Source: Eledone cirrhosa
Lineage: Eukaryota
Assembly (NCBI GenBank): GCA_964016885.1
Contig: OZ024740.1
Coordinates: 148,180,001 to 148,244,000, forward strand
Direction of reading: 5' to 3'
Length of the DNA stretch: 64,000 nt
This document shows, piece by piece, positions 38,155-51,316 of the stretch (positions are counted from its first letter, which is position 1; each line of letters starts with the position of its first letter). The notes below the pieces were generated by a model, which was not told where the DNA came from, did no database searches, and saw only the letters and a program-made list of their open reading frames with translations. The position numbers were made by a program, and so were the translations under genes.

Positions 38155-41100
38155 CTGATTTTATAGTTGCAACTATTATTATAACCATAGTCATAGGACA
38201 GAGAAACTATGAAACAAATTACATTAAATATTTTAGCTGCGTCTGTCTGAATTGCTAGTTCAAATCGGGCTGAAGTTAACGTTGAGTCCAGAGTCAATAA
38301 TTAAACAGGGTTAGCATTATCATTAAGGCCAACTTGGCAGCTGCTCAAGGTGTAAACCACAGAAAAGCGCAATGCTGATCATTCTAATACAAATCTGTGT
38401 GATTAAATTTAATGTATACTAATTTCCTGCGATAAAAACACTGAACATTTTTGCCACGTAATTATATCGTAGACGATCGTATGGTGTTATTCACTTGTTA
38501 CATGATTTTGCGTGGGTGAGTGTGGACCGTGAAGTGGAAAGTGCAGGCTTAGCAATTTTCTTAGTGTGATCAGAGCAAGAATTGAGTGTCATAACTAGGT
38601 TCATCAGCTTACCAAAGTGTAAGTTGAAATTATTTTATTTGGGAAAACGAGGCGTCTAAGTGGGAGAAGGGTCGTACATTACAAAACTAGCCTATGGCGC
38701 TAATGTGATAAGTCACTATTTGTATTTTCTTTGATAAGCAATATATCGATTTAGTTTCGATCGTCGGATGGAACCTTATTAGCACACTTATGTCATCATG
38801 ATTTAATGAGAAACGAATCAAAATACAATAATTGATTTTTTATATATTGTCTATAGTCTCAGGAATTGATACGTTTGTACGTTCATAACTTTATTAATGA
38901 TATTGATAATGAAAGTAAAGAGAACATGTTCCGGCTTTCAATCGAGAATCGAAACAGTCTCTGCGTCCACAACGGTTACTATAATAATTCATTGCATATG
39001 CAAATTATTTAGGGATGAATAAGAACACGCCTCTTAACTACAGTAGCAATATCAGAAACTACAGTAGCAGCAGTAACATCTCACTTCCCTACTAACATCA
39101 GCCACAAAAACAACAGCAATTAACATGCAATAACAGTAGCAATGTCAGCAGCAACACTATTAAGATTACTACTTCCAGCAAGAGCAACTGCAACTAGAAC
39201 CACTATGCAACAACAATAACTAGAACAACAACTTCAATGATACTATATAGTTTACATAATACATTACCAACATTGAAAAGAAGAATAGGCCCTAAGTGGG
39301 GGAACTGTAGAGGAGATGGAGAGACGGCTCTGGTGCAAGGGCGATATAAAAGTAATTTAGTAGGAGAAGGAGTTTATATTGCAGACGATGGCCTATATAA
39401 CAAATGCCACTGAGCTGATATTTAGCAAAGATGTCACCAAAAAGCAATTTAAATGAAAGACATTTGTTCTGTGATTCTATTTTAAACGAAAACAACCCCA
39501 ACCACCATATAAACAAACTCTGCTACCATAAAAAAAATTAACAAAAAGAAAGGAAAAAAGCCTAACTTCTATCATCACAGAAACAAATCTACCACAACCG
39601 CTATTTCTACCACCAACACCACCACCAAAAAGAAAAAAGAACAACATAAAATTACGACTCCATTTATTTTCTAATAAAGCCAATCGTTTCTTATTTCTTT
39701 TCTATTATTTCAGATATCATATTGCTTAGATTCATCAATCTCCTGATTTTTTCTTTCAAAGTTTATGTAATAGAGTAATGAAATGATGTTTAATCTCAAC
39801 AGAGACTATTATTGCTATTGAGTAGAGGCGAAATCTCTGCAAAACCCCATCAGTGACTATGTAACAATTCCTTGTGATAGTTTTTATATATTTTAAATGC
39901 ATTCAGAGAAAGGCATAATTGTTACATTATATCAACTCCTCTTCTTTTATAAGCCCAAATCATTGTAGGGATTTAAGAAACTAATATTAAACTGAAGTGG
40001 TGAGTTATAGAGAGCCAGAGATAAGCGTTTACAAATAGGTTTAGAAAAAGCATGAACGTCACAGAATCCGATTTCGAGCTTCCCGATAACATAGAACTAT
40101 TTGTCATTAAAAACGAAAGCAATATAATGAAGAGCTTTGGATTAACAGAATAATTAGAGCGACCGACAATCTGTCAAGTGGTATTTAGTTATGGCTTTTA
40201 ACTTCCGAGTTCTAATCTTACCCAGATGTACTTTACTTTTCAATACTTTTGGCTCGATAGACTAAAGTACAATATATTGCTGTTGATTTAACTGTCTATT
40301 CCTCCGCCCCTCCTGCCGCCAGCAAAAATACCACTCTGTGCGGATTTTAGAAATTATCATTAAGTCAGTGTGTAGAGAACCGGCACTTGGGTATTTATCA
40401 CCCTGCGCCTCCCATTCCACCAAATAATTTTGGTAAATTAACTATCCTAAACTAGGTGTTGATAACTCTTGCTCTAACCTCACTGAGAAAATTATCAAGC
40501 CTGCATTGTCTACTACACAGTCCATACTAACCCATATCAAATTGCCTTACATGTGATAGCACCATATGACTCTCTCCACCGCTTTAGATATTTCTGCAGC
40601 ACTGCTTTGCGGTAAAGATATTTTGTGATTTATTCATTGATCACAGGAAATTATTATATATTTAATGATACAAATTTGCATATAATTGTAGTCTTTTATG
40701 TGTTGTAATGTGCTTCTGTGAGGTCTTCACCCTTGCTGGTGGCCTAGTTGTCCTATATGCTAACACCGACCTTGAATGAATAGTATTCTCAAAGCCTGCT
40801 TTATATGAAATGTATTCAGCACTAGCTAACTTTCGCAATTTCTCAAGATTTCACAACCACTATTTCAATGAAAAAAGTGTTAGTACAAAAATTAAAGGAA
40901 AGCAATATAAAGTAAAATAAATAAAGTATTGAAGTTAGTCAACAATACAGGAGTTTATGTCATTGCTAGATAGCATAAGATTCAACCCATCTGTTGGATG
41001 AATACCCACACTCTACTCGACAAGAACTGATTTCTTTTCAAAGTATTATGTCAAATACTATGTACAATTATGTGTCTCTATAATCAAAAGTTTGTTGTGA

Positions 41101-41865
41101 AAATGTTATTATTTCTTCTATGTTGCTGCAAATTAAATTATTTTTACAAGTCTAATGTGCAGCAATTTTGTTTGTTGTTTGTTGCTGCAGGCTTTAACAT
41201 TGTTGTCTGTGTGCTGTTGGACAACATCAGAACCTCTTCAATCTTGTGGACCACACAGCAGAATGTTTTTTTAAGTAAACAAGCCAACGCATGTATTTAA
41301 AAAAAAAAAAATGACCCAGTTTCTTCAACAACATTATGACAGAAACAGTTGATAAGCTGTACAACATTTTAGATTAATGTACAACACTGACGTAAGCTAA
41401 CCGGTTAGACTATTAGTAGAGTATAGACAATCAATATCTGTCATAAGTTGATTCTGAAAGTTTTATAATTATTACATGTTTGCGGCACTTTCAACCCATG
41501 AAACCAGAGAAAAAATCACATGCAGTGTTTTCTTTTTAGTTATTTACTTATTTGATATTTTACAATGGATAAAGAGTATAATTCAGCTTGATAATAGTTT
41601 AACCCTAATATGACCCCTAATTAGTTGACGTGCGTTTTATTTATGTTTCCTCGAATCATCACACAGAGAAGTAAAAACCAGATATATTACTGCTTAACCT
41701 CTTTCATTTGATGGAAAACAGATTTCTATCAATGACTGGCTGAAATCGTACACATATGCAAGCACACACCTATACACAAATATACACATACACATGCGGA
41801 TGCACATACACGCATACATACGTACACACACACACACTCGTGCAGACACACATTTATTCACAAAC

Positions 41866-41922
<57 letters not shown>

Positions 41923-42367
41923 CAATGTAAAGTCAACCCTGTAACTCAGTGAAACTTGTTACACTGTCAGGTCATCGGTGTCTAAATCAGTCTATAGGGA
42001 TATTTTACTTGATTTATAAAGCTATTATTTAGAGCAATCGACTATATATACAGACAGACACACACACACACATATATAGATAGATATGTGTGTGTGTGTA
42101 TGTATGTATGTGTGTATGTGCGTGTGCGCATGCGTTTATATACATACATATAAAATGTATCAGTATGCACAGGAAGTCACTTACTTTTACACTCCTGTAC
42201 ATATATACATATGTACAGATGTGAGTACGCACAAAGAAGAAGAAGAAGAAGAAGAAGAAACAGTTTTATCAACTTCAGTCCACTGAAGGAGATTCCTGTT
42301 AATCTTGTAGTAGATCAGATCGACTCTAATCACTTTTTAAATTAATGCTTAAAAATTTAATTATCAA

Positions 42368-42447
42368 CCGAAATGGAATTGATCCCCCACCTTACTTCTT
42401 TCACTGGCCTCAACAATCTAGGCGCCTCACCACTTGGCTATACTAAC
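42368..42447 (-). pseudogene. tRNA-derived relic
   Basis: Minus strand GTTAGTATAGCCAAGTGGTGAGGCGCCTAGAT...GGATCAATTCC has A-box and B-box-like motifs but no clean cloverleaf. Confidence 0.35.
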
Positions 42448-43458
42448 AACGTCAAGAGTTTTAAGTTTTAAAGTTATTATTATAACCTTAGTGAATAAAC
42501 GCTTGTGTTCAGGCGTAACCTTAGATTCCGCCAATTTTCTTTGATAACAGCTGATATAATAGTTCTGATTTCCTCATAGTCACTGCACAGCATTACTAAA
42601 ACCATTAATGCAATTTCTTCGTCCAACCACTATACAACGCCATTCATAATTATAAAGCAATGTTTATTCTGTAAGTAAGTGAGAGGTCATTGATATGAAA
42701 ATGGTTTTCGGGAAAATTTTATTTATATATTTATTAAATATATTATTTATTTTGTTATTCATTTTATTTTATTTTATCTATAGTGAGAAAGCATGATGGT
42801 GGAGATTCTAAAAGAAGAATAATTAAAAATAATTATAGTCCTGTAAGAGATAAATTAACTATAAACGTTTCAGTTATCTATAGTTGACTACTGACTTGTT
42901 TTCTATGAGTTCGTTTCATGCCACTGGCGATACTTACAATGTCATCATGATCCTGGACAAACGTTTACTTGCTAAAGACTTTATGTCCGTGGGAATGCTT
43001 TTGCGCAGCCCCTTTACCGCAGCGCCCTAGGCCCAGAGCCCAATCATCCCCATTCTTCTGTGACACTAGAGTCCTTGTAATTCCCTCCCTTTTCCGTTTA
43101 TTTTTCTTTCTCTTTTCTCTTTATATTTTCCTATTTTAGATTCCATTCTTCTCAATCTAAATTTCCTTTTTTCTTTTTCTATTAAACTGTATTTACATAA
43201 TATATTACGAAAATATTTACTACTTATTAAAAGATAGTAGTTTGGGGCATCGACTAATATATATTTATATAGAGACAGAGAGAGGGAGAGGGTGTACGTA
43301 TAAACATATACACGCATTAAATAATAAATGCCTATATAGAACATGGTGATTTTAAAGAAAAATGTAAGTAGATAAACGTTTTTTTTTTAAATTAGAAACT
43401 TTATTGTGAAAAGAAGGAAATGCAAACAATTCTTCCGCTATTCTCTCCTTACGCATTA

Positions 43459-43498
43459 TCTTTACGCGTTTCAGAAATTATTGTATCTCATCGGAAGA
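43459..43498 (-). ncRNA. Degenerate minimal hammerhead
   Basis: TCTT-CCGATGA-GATACAATAATTTCT-GAAA-CGCG-TA-AAGA; stem I and palindromic stem III intact, core U4 mutated. Confidence 0.55.
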
Positions 43499-43859
43499 TA
43501 ACTGTCCTTAACTTGAACCGGGAAATGCATAACATATTCTCCGTTCTAGTTAATCTAAAACATTAAATAACATATGGTATTAAAATTCTACCCCATTAAT
43601 ACAAAAGATGTAATTTAAACACAATATATTTATACCAGTTGTAAAATATTCTCTATCAATAATTAAACCCTAAATAGCTCAATTAGAATTGCCAATCGGG
43701 AGACACCTGAAGACGCACATCAAAATTTTAGACTTTCAGACGACCTATCAATGTAAGACGATTAATACCTTATTAGTTTTTGCACGACGTCTATACTAGG
43801 ATATACTCACACTTTGAATATGTTAATTGGGGAAAACAAACTTCAATAAAATCAGGCCC

Positions 43860-44190
43860 TTCTTCTTCGCCCACGTAATCCTGAAAGGGATTTGGGGCAG
43901 AGTCCTCAAACACTTCTTCCAGCGGGACCTGTCAGAAGCAACAGTCTCCAACTGGATCCCCAAGCGAGACCAGCCAAGTTATGGCTGTTATCTAACAATC
44001 TCGCTCGGGGTCTACCTCTGGATTTCCTGCCGGTTGGTTTTGGCCATAAAATCTGTCCAGCGATTTTTCCTGAGACATATTTGATGGGCAAAACTAACCG
44101 GCAGGAAACCTAAGGGTAGACACCGAGCAAGCTGGTTGGATAACATCCATGAGCTTGTTTGGTCTCGCTTGGGGATAAGCCGGATCAGGC
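43860..44190. mobile_element. Inverted pair of RTE LINE 3'-end fragments
   Basis: KPTGRKSRGRPRARLLDN on the minus strand; a diverged mirror copy on the plus strand; inverted repeat spans 43956-44176. Confidence 0.65.
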
Positions 44191-44757
44191 TAACCTCACG
44201 ATTTCAAGACTGAAACTTCCTTTATAGTGTCCAGATAATAAAGCTGCGAGCATAGTCTCAGGGGATTGGATTTCCAACACGCCTCATTCAAATTGAGAGA
44301 CTTTATTTGTATGTTTACACACCCTGAGGTCTGGGATCTTTTTGATCGACTGTCGACATATATATATAAAAGTTGGTTTATTGACAAGATCTAATATCCT
44401 TGCATTGGTTTAAATTGTTTCAAAAGACTTGGATCAGCTTAGATTGGAATTTTCTCCCTTGCTTGTGTCTCATTATCAGAACACATCTAAAGAGAGTTTC
44501 TGTGTTGAAAGTCTCATTTGTTTGAACTTTCCTCATAAGCCGTATTCATACTATGGGACTCTATTTTTTTTTTGTACACAAAGACACACGCAGGTTCACA
44601 CAATCTACGTAGACAGACACACACGGTCACAAGCACAGACACATACAAACACACACGCACACATCCACACACATATTAAAATTAATTGAGAAAAACTCTA
44701 ATTATGGGAGATGTTTAAGTATTAGAGACTAATTAAACTTTAATTAATATACATATG

Positions 44758-44828
<71 letters not shown>

Positions 44829-45276
44829 CTTCCACAACACATTTATTTTTACCCTCATTTTCTCTACCATGCTGTCTCTCTACGAAGTCATCTACTCTCC
44901 TCCTCTCTCTTACACTATTATTAGTGTTATTTTATTTATCAGTTCGCTTTCTCTTCAAAGTCATCTACTCCTATCCATCTATTTTGCCATGAGATGCTAC
45001 AGGCCATGATGGCTACCTACCTCACAATTTCTCTCCCACCCACCCCCTCACACCACCATAGCCTATTCGACCAATCAAACTTCAGCATGCCCCCCTCACC
45101 CACTACCAATCCCAACAAACTCTGCCATTTCTACTACTACCTACCTCTCTTCTCCCTCCGTCACAGCCCAACACACCCTGCCATTATTACCACCACCACT
45201 GTTCTTCTAGCCCTGAATTTTCCTACCGTTATGTATGGATGAGCTGAGAATAAATGGAGCAACCCTGAATTAATAA

Positions 45277-48200
45277 ATGAAAATGAATATGAATCCGCGA
45301 GCTACCAAGCACCCATGTGAAGCTTCAATTCAGAGACAGGAAGCACACGCACAACCCTGCAAAAATCGACCATTCCCCACGAATGTTGACAAATGCCCAA
45401 AACTCCGAGTTCGTACCATCAATGTAAGCACAATGACAGGAAGAGCAGGAGAAATCGTAGAGATGCTGGAGCGAAAGAAAATTGATGTATGCTGTGTGCA
45501 AGAGACTAGATGGAGAGGAGGGTCTGCTAGAGTCCTTGTAGAAAAAAGTCAGTGCTACAAATTTTTCTGGGTGGGAAATGACGATGGGATGGGTGGTGTA
45601 GGTATAATACTAGCTGACAAGTGGGTAGATAAAGTAATCTCAGTGAACAGAGTAAATGCAAGAATCATTAAACTCAGACTAGTCCTGAATAAAACAATTA
45701 CCACAATAATATCAACTTACGCACCCCAATCGGGGTTGCCAGACGAACTTAAGGATAGGTTTTACGAGTCCCTAATGCACACTACTGCTCTAACAAACGA
45801 CAATGACTTCCTAATCATTGCAGGAGATTTTAACGGACACGTAAATAAACACTGTGACGGCTTCAATAGAGTCTATGGAGGCCATGGGGTTGGCACAAGA
45901 AATGAAGAAGGATTCAGACTTCTAGAATTCTGCGACACCAATGACATGTCGATATGTAACACAAACTTAAAAAAACCCGACAACCACCTGATCACCTATA
46001 GATCAGGGGAGCATTCTAGTCAGATAGATTTTATCCTCATCAGAGGAAGTGACAGATGGACGGTCGTAAACACAAAAGCCTTCCCTAGTGAGGAATGTAC
46101 CGCCCAATATAGCTTAGTTGTCAGCGACCTCACGGTCAGAACTAGACGAACCTGGAAACAGAGGCCAACCTGGAGAAGAAAGATCTGGAAGCTGAAAGAC
46201 CCCTCAGCCAGTAACAGATTTAAAGATATATTACTCAACGCCTACGACAGAAAAGAAGAACAGATAGAGACATTCAATGTAGAAGAGCACTGGGAATTCC
46301 TAAAAAATAACTTACTAGAGGCGACGGATGAGATCTGTGGCTGGAGTAAGACCACAAGCAGGAGGAGAGTGACTTGGTGGTGGAACAATAAGGTAGATGA
46401 GGCAGTTAAGGCCAAGAGACAGGCATGGAAAGAATGAAAGAACGGGGGAAGCAGGGTACATTACATAGAGACCAAGAGGGAAGCTAGGCGACAAGTATAC
46501 TTAGCTAGGAGGGAAGCAGAGGATAGAAAATTCAAGCATGTTTTGCAACGTGAGGACCAGAAACAGGAGGTGTTCAAGATTGCGAGGCAGTGTGTCAGAG
46601 AGAATTGTGATGTCATTGGAGAGAAGTGTGTCCAGAATGATAAAGGTGAGCTTGCCCTCACAAGTGATGAGAAGAAAGATGCATGGAAGAGCCATTATGA
46701 TAGATTACTAAATGAGGAGAATGCATGGGAAGAAGAGACCCTACTCCAAGTAGACCTCATAGAGGGGCCAGCAGTACAAGTCAGCAGCAGCGTAGTAAGT
46801 AAGGCAATCAAAGATATGAAGATGGGGAAGGCAACCGATCCATCGGGTATAGCTGCCGAGATGCTGAAGGCATATGGGTCTGTAGGTCACACTATAACCA
46901 CACGTATTGTTAACCAGGTAATACTAGAAGGTGTCATACCAAAAGATTGGTGCAGTAGCATCATTGTTAACTGCTACAAAGGTAAAGGTGATGCACTAGA
47001 TAGAGGAAACTATAGAGGTATAAAGCTGATGGACCAGGTCATGAAAGTAACAGAAAGAGTTATAGCACAGTTGATTAGGGACCGGGTGAAACTAGATGAG
47101 ATGCAATTTGGGTTTGTACCAGGAAGAGGCACCACTGATGCCCTCTTCCTTGTGAGGTAGTTACAGGAAAAGTACCTAGCTAAAAGTAAGCCACTCTACC
47201 TGGCATTCGTCGATCTCGAGAAAGCCTTTGACAGAGTTCCATGTGCTATAATCTGGTGGGCTCTTAGAAAACTAGGAGTAGATGAATGGCTTGTGAAAGC
47301 TGTACAAGCCATGTATAGAGGAGCAGTCAGCAAAGTTAGGATTAGCAATGACTATAGCGAGGAATTTAGCGTACAGGTTGGTGTCCACCAGGGCTCTGTT
47401 CTTAGCCCTCTCCTGTTCATCATAGTCCTGCAGGCAATAACGGAGGAGTTTAAGACCGGATGCCATTGAAAACTCCTGTATGCAGATGACCTCGCACTTA
47501 TAGCTGAATCTATGGTAGAACTAGAGAAAAAATTCAAAACTTGCAAGCAGGGATTAGAAAGAAAGGGTCTCAAAGTCAACCTGACAAAGACTAAGGTCCT
47601 TGTAAGTAGACTAGAAAACAGAACCCAGATCCCCTCAGGGAAATGGCCTTGCTCAGTATGTAGGAAAGGTGTAGGTAGGAACTCCATTCTCTGCCCCAAA
47701 TGAAAACAATGGGTACACAAGAGATGTAGCGGGATCTCAGGAAGCTTAATTAAGAATGTAGGCTTCACATGTAGCAGCTGTGCTGGGACAGCAAGCAGCA
47801 AACAGCCATAGGAAACGAGTACCACCAATCTCTGGGAGGGCTCTGTAGAAACAGTAGACAGCTTCTGCTACCTAGGTGACTGAATTAGCAGCGGAGGTGG
47901 GTGTTCAGAAAGTACAATAACTAGGGTAAGAACGGGATGGAAGAAGTTCATGGAACTACTGCCACTGCTAGCTGCAAAAGGCTTTTCCCTCAAAATAAAA
48001 GGCAGACTGTATGATGCGTGTATACGAACAGCAATGTTACATGGTAGTGAGACCTGGGCGCTGAAGGTGGAAGACTTACGTAGATTAGAAAGAAACGAAG
48101 CCTGCATGCTCCGATGGATGTGTAATAGTAATATACGCGAGCGGCAAAGCATAAATGAATTGAGAGAGAGACTGAGCATAAGAGGAATCAAATGCTGTGT

Positions 48201-48750
48201 GCAGGAGAGGCGGTTGCGTTGGTATGGACATGTGATGCGTATGAAGGATGACAACTGCATAAAAAGGTGCAGAGCACTAGAAGTCAATGGAAACTGCGGA
48301 GTGGGGAGACCCAAGAAAACCTGGGATGAGATGATAAAAGCCGACCTTACCCAATTACACCTCTCAAAGGCGATGACACACGACCGTGATCTCTGGCGTC
48401 ACGCAGTAAAACAGAGTACCCGACCTCCCATGGGTACAAACTGAATTATATAGACAATATGCCCCCACACCCTCCCACTGCAAGGTGGTCGTGGAGGTGC
48501 CACGGCAAAAAAGCACCCAGCCCACACTGTAAAGTGGACGTGTAGGCGCCACGGAAAAAAGCACACATCACTCACTGTAAATGAGGTCGGTGTTATGACG
48601 GGCATCCAGCTGTAGAAATCAAGCCAAAATCAGTTCCTGTATGAGCAAGGCATGGTCAGCCGACCAGACACTGCCCACAACAGGACAACCCGTCTAACCC
48701 ATGCTAGCATGGAAGAACGGACGTAAAACGGTGATGATGATGATGATGAT
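45277..48750 (+). mobile_element. Apparently full-length RTE-clade LINE (APE endonuclease + RT + PHD-like finger), inactivated by nonsense codons
   Basis: One frame 45277-48444 with internal stops; VQETRW, GDFNGH, SQIDFIL, NYRGIKL, QFGF, DLEKAFD, HQGS, YADD, LRWYGHV, GRPKKTW; (GAT)n tail at about 48732-48750. The 5' UTR boundary is uncertain. Confidence 0.95.
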
Positions 48751-49418
48751 ATATATATATAAATATACATATACATACATACACACAGACACACAGACAC
48801 ACACACACACACAGACAGACACACACACACACACACACACTCTCACACACACACATATATATATATATCACCGTGACTAGAACGATAAATAAACTGTTTT
48901 AAGACATTAGCTTAATACTATCTGCATCATTAAGAAAATATTGTTTCTCACAATTTCCATCCACCACTGTTATTAAGTAGTTAATTCATATTTGTTATTT
49001 TAATATTTAGGCACACATGTTTCGCTGTTAAAACGAATGCATTGCTATCTCATATTTACGTGTAAATTGAAAGGCACCCGGCTGTCTACTGGCGTGCGTT
49101 TGGACGTTAATCGGTTTTCACCCGGCTTTCTCATGATCTAAAATGGCCGAAACAGACAAAACAGCCATTCATAACAGGTAGCTTCTACGTTCTTGAGAAC
49201 AGAATCACTTGTTGCAGCCACATACACACGTACACGTGCTCGCGCATACACGCACTTACTCACACACATACTCAAGGGCACATGTACGTAAACTCACATT
49301 AGAACATTGCTTCATATATATTTACGCACACATGCATATGTATAAATAAAATCACACACACGCATATAAAAATAGCCTTGTTTGCACGCCTGTAAAAGAT
49401 ATACACTGTATGGGAGTT

Positions 49419-49490
<72 letters not shown>

Positions 49491-49883
49491 TATACATACA
49501 CACACACAAGCATATATATAGCCATATGTGTGTGTATATGTGTATGTGTGTATGTGTGTATGTATGTGCATGTGTGTGTGTGTGTGTGTAAAGGGTAAAA
49601 GACTCCCACTAGTTGTGAATGACGATGGGAGTTGCATCTAGAAAGTTCCCCTCCGAGGTTCAAGCCCGAGGAAGGTGTTTATGTGGAGGACCATTCATAA
49701 CAGTCTCCACCCTCCACGCCACCCACACTGGGAAAGGTCAAAGAACGATACAACTTAGCACCAGTGACGTCGCAACTCATTTCTACCTCTCAGTGAACAG
49801 GAATAACGTGAAGTAAGTGTCTTGCTCAAGAACACAAATCATCACCCGATCTCCAGCAATTCATGATTGTCAATCCAACTCCC

Positions 49884-50001
49884 GTGAACTTTTTAAAATT
49901 TATTTTAAAACTTTTTCTTATTTGCTAAACCTTGATTATATATATATAATCAAGGTTTAGCAAATAAGAAAAAGTTTTAAAATAAATTTTAAAAAGTTCA
50001 C
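49884..50001. repeat. Perfect 118-bp palindrome centred on (TA)n
   Basis: Arms checked base by base. Confidence 0.95.
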
Positions 50002-50234
50002 TGTACCTGCTGTAATTACCCTTACCGTACGTTTTCAAGTCTCGAAATAAATGGATAATCCATGCGGAAATCCATTGAAAAGCAAGACTTTCGTCAGAGG
50101 GTTCTTTTCGCTAAGAGAATATAAAATTCCCGAGTTCAAATCACGAACTGGCGCCATTCAAAATTGTTATATATATATAAATATATATATATATATTTAT
50201 TAAAATAACAGATTAAAGTTTAAGCAAAGAATCG

Positions 50235-50273
<39 letters not shown>

Positions 50274-50284
50274 TATATATGTCA

Positions 50285-50327
<43 letters not shown>

Positions 50328-50400
50328 CTTGTGTGTCAGTATATATACATATATATGTGTGTGTGCTTATGTGTGTGTGTGTGTGTGTGTGCGAACGAAC

Positions 50401-50441
50401 GCCAGACACGAGTTTCTGGTTAATTATCCGTCGTCAGTAAC
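50401..50441 (-). ncRNA. Degenerate minimal hammerhead
   Basis: GTTA-CTGACGA-CGGATAATTAACCA-GAAA-CTCGTG-TC-TGGC. Confidence 0.45.
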
Positions 50442-50594
50442 ATTTACTCACCCGTTGCTGAGACAAGAATAAACTATAGCTTATAAGTTCCTTTGCTTAT
50501 GGAACATCAGCAGGAGATGCTCATCTTTATACAATACGAATATGACCAGATAGGTATAATTACCAGCGGCACTGCCATACCTGGTTTATAATAG

Positions 50595-50643
<49 letters not shown>

Positions 50644-50801
50644 TGTATGGTTGCAAGAAAAATTGTGTCTGTAGGCGGTATGCCAGGTGAGCACTCGATG
50701 TTCGCGCAGAGCAGAGTATAATACTATAAGAAAAGGAACAAAGATTTGAGACGAGCTCACATACGGAAGCATATCTGACGAACTTTCGATTACTGAGTCA
50801 G

Positions 50802-51035
50802 GTTCGTTCAATAATAGGTCGTTCCTCGAGCTGATCGATAGTGAAACATTTGTAATATGTTATTAAATATGTTATGATACAACACTGAATCTTTGTTCCT
50901 TTTCTTGTAGTATATATATAAATACTATACGGATAAAGGAACAAGGATTCAGTATTGCATCATAACATAATTAATAACATATTACATATGTTTCCCTATC
51001 AATCAGCTCGAGGAACGACCTATTATAGATCGAAC
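50802..51035. repeat. Imperfect inverted repeat, ~100-bp arms
   Basis: Arms 50802-50903 and 50935-51035; an extra partial copy lies at 50728-50746. Confidence 0.85.
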
Positions 51036-51280
51036 TATATATATATCAGATCAAGAGTTATGTTTGATAGACCTGTGGATACACAGATAAAATTCCAGTT
51101 TAACCGCAATCTGACTTGACCTAAATATCTCTTACCAATCTCTACTGTGGTATCTCATTCTCGTGAGCCTCAATAATAAGCGTATATATATATGTAAAAG
51201 TTAAACAGAAATAACAACACAATCGGTACAGTATATGGAAGGAATATATTACGTTAACGCTTGAAATAGCAGGAAGAGGG

Positions 51281-51316
51281 TCTTAACGTTTCGGACGCTA
51301 GTCCTTCATCAGAAGA
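51281..51316 (-). ncRNA. Intact minimal type I hammerhead (Penelope-type)
   Basis: TCTT-CTGATGA-A-GGAC-TAGC-GTCC-GAAA-CG-TT-AAGA; palindromic AACGTT stem III. Confidence 0.75.
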
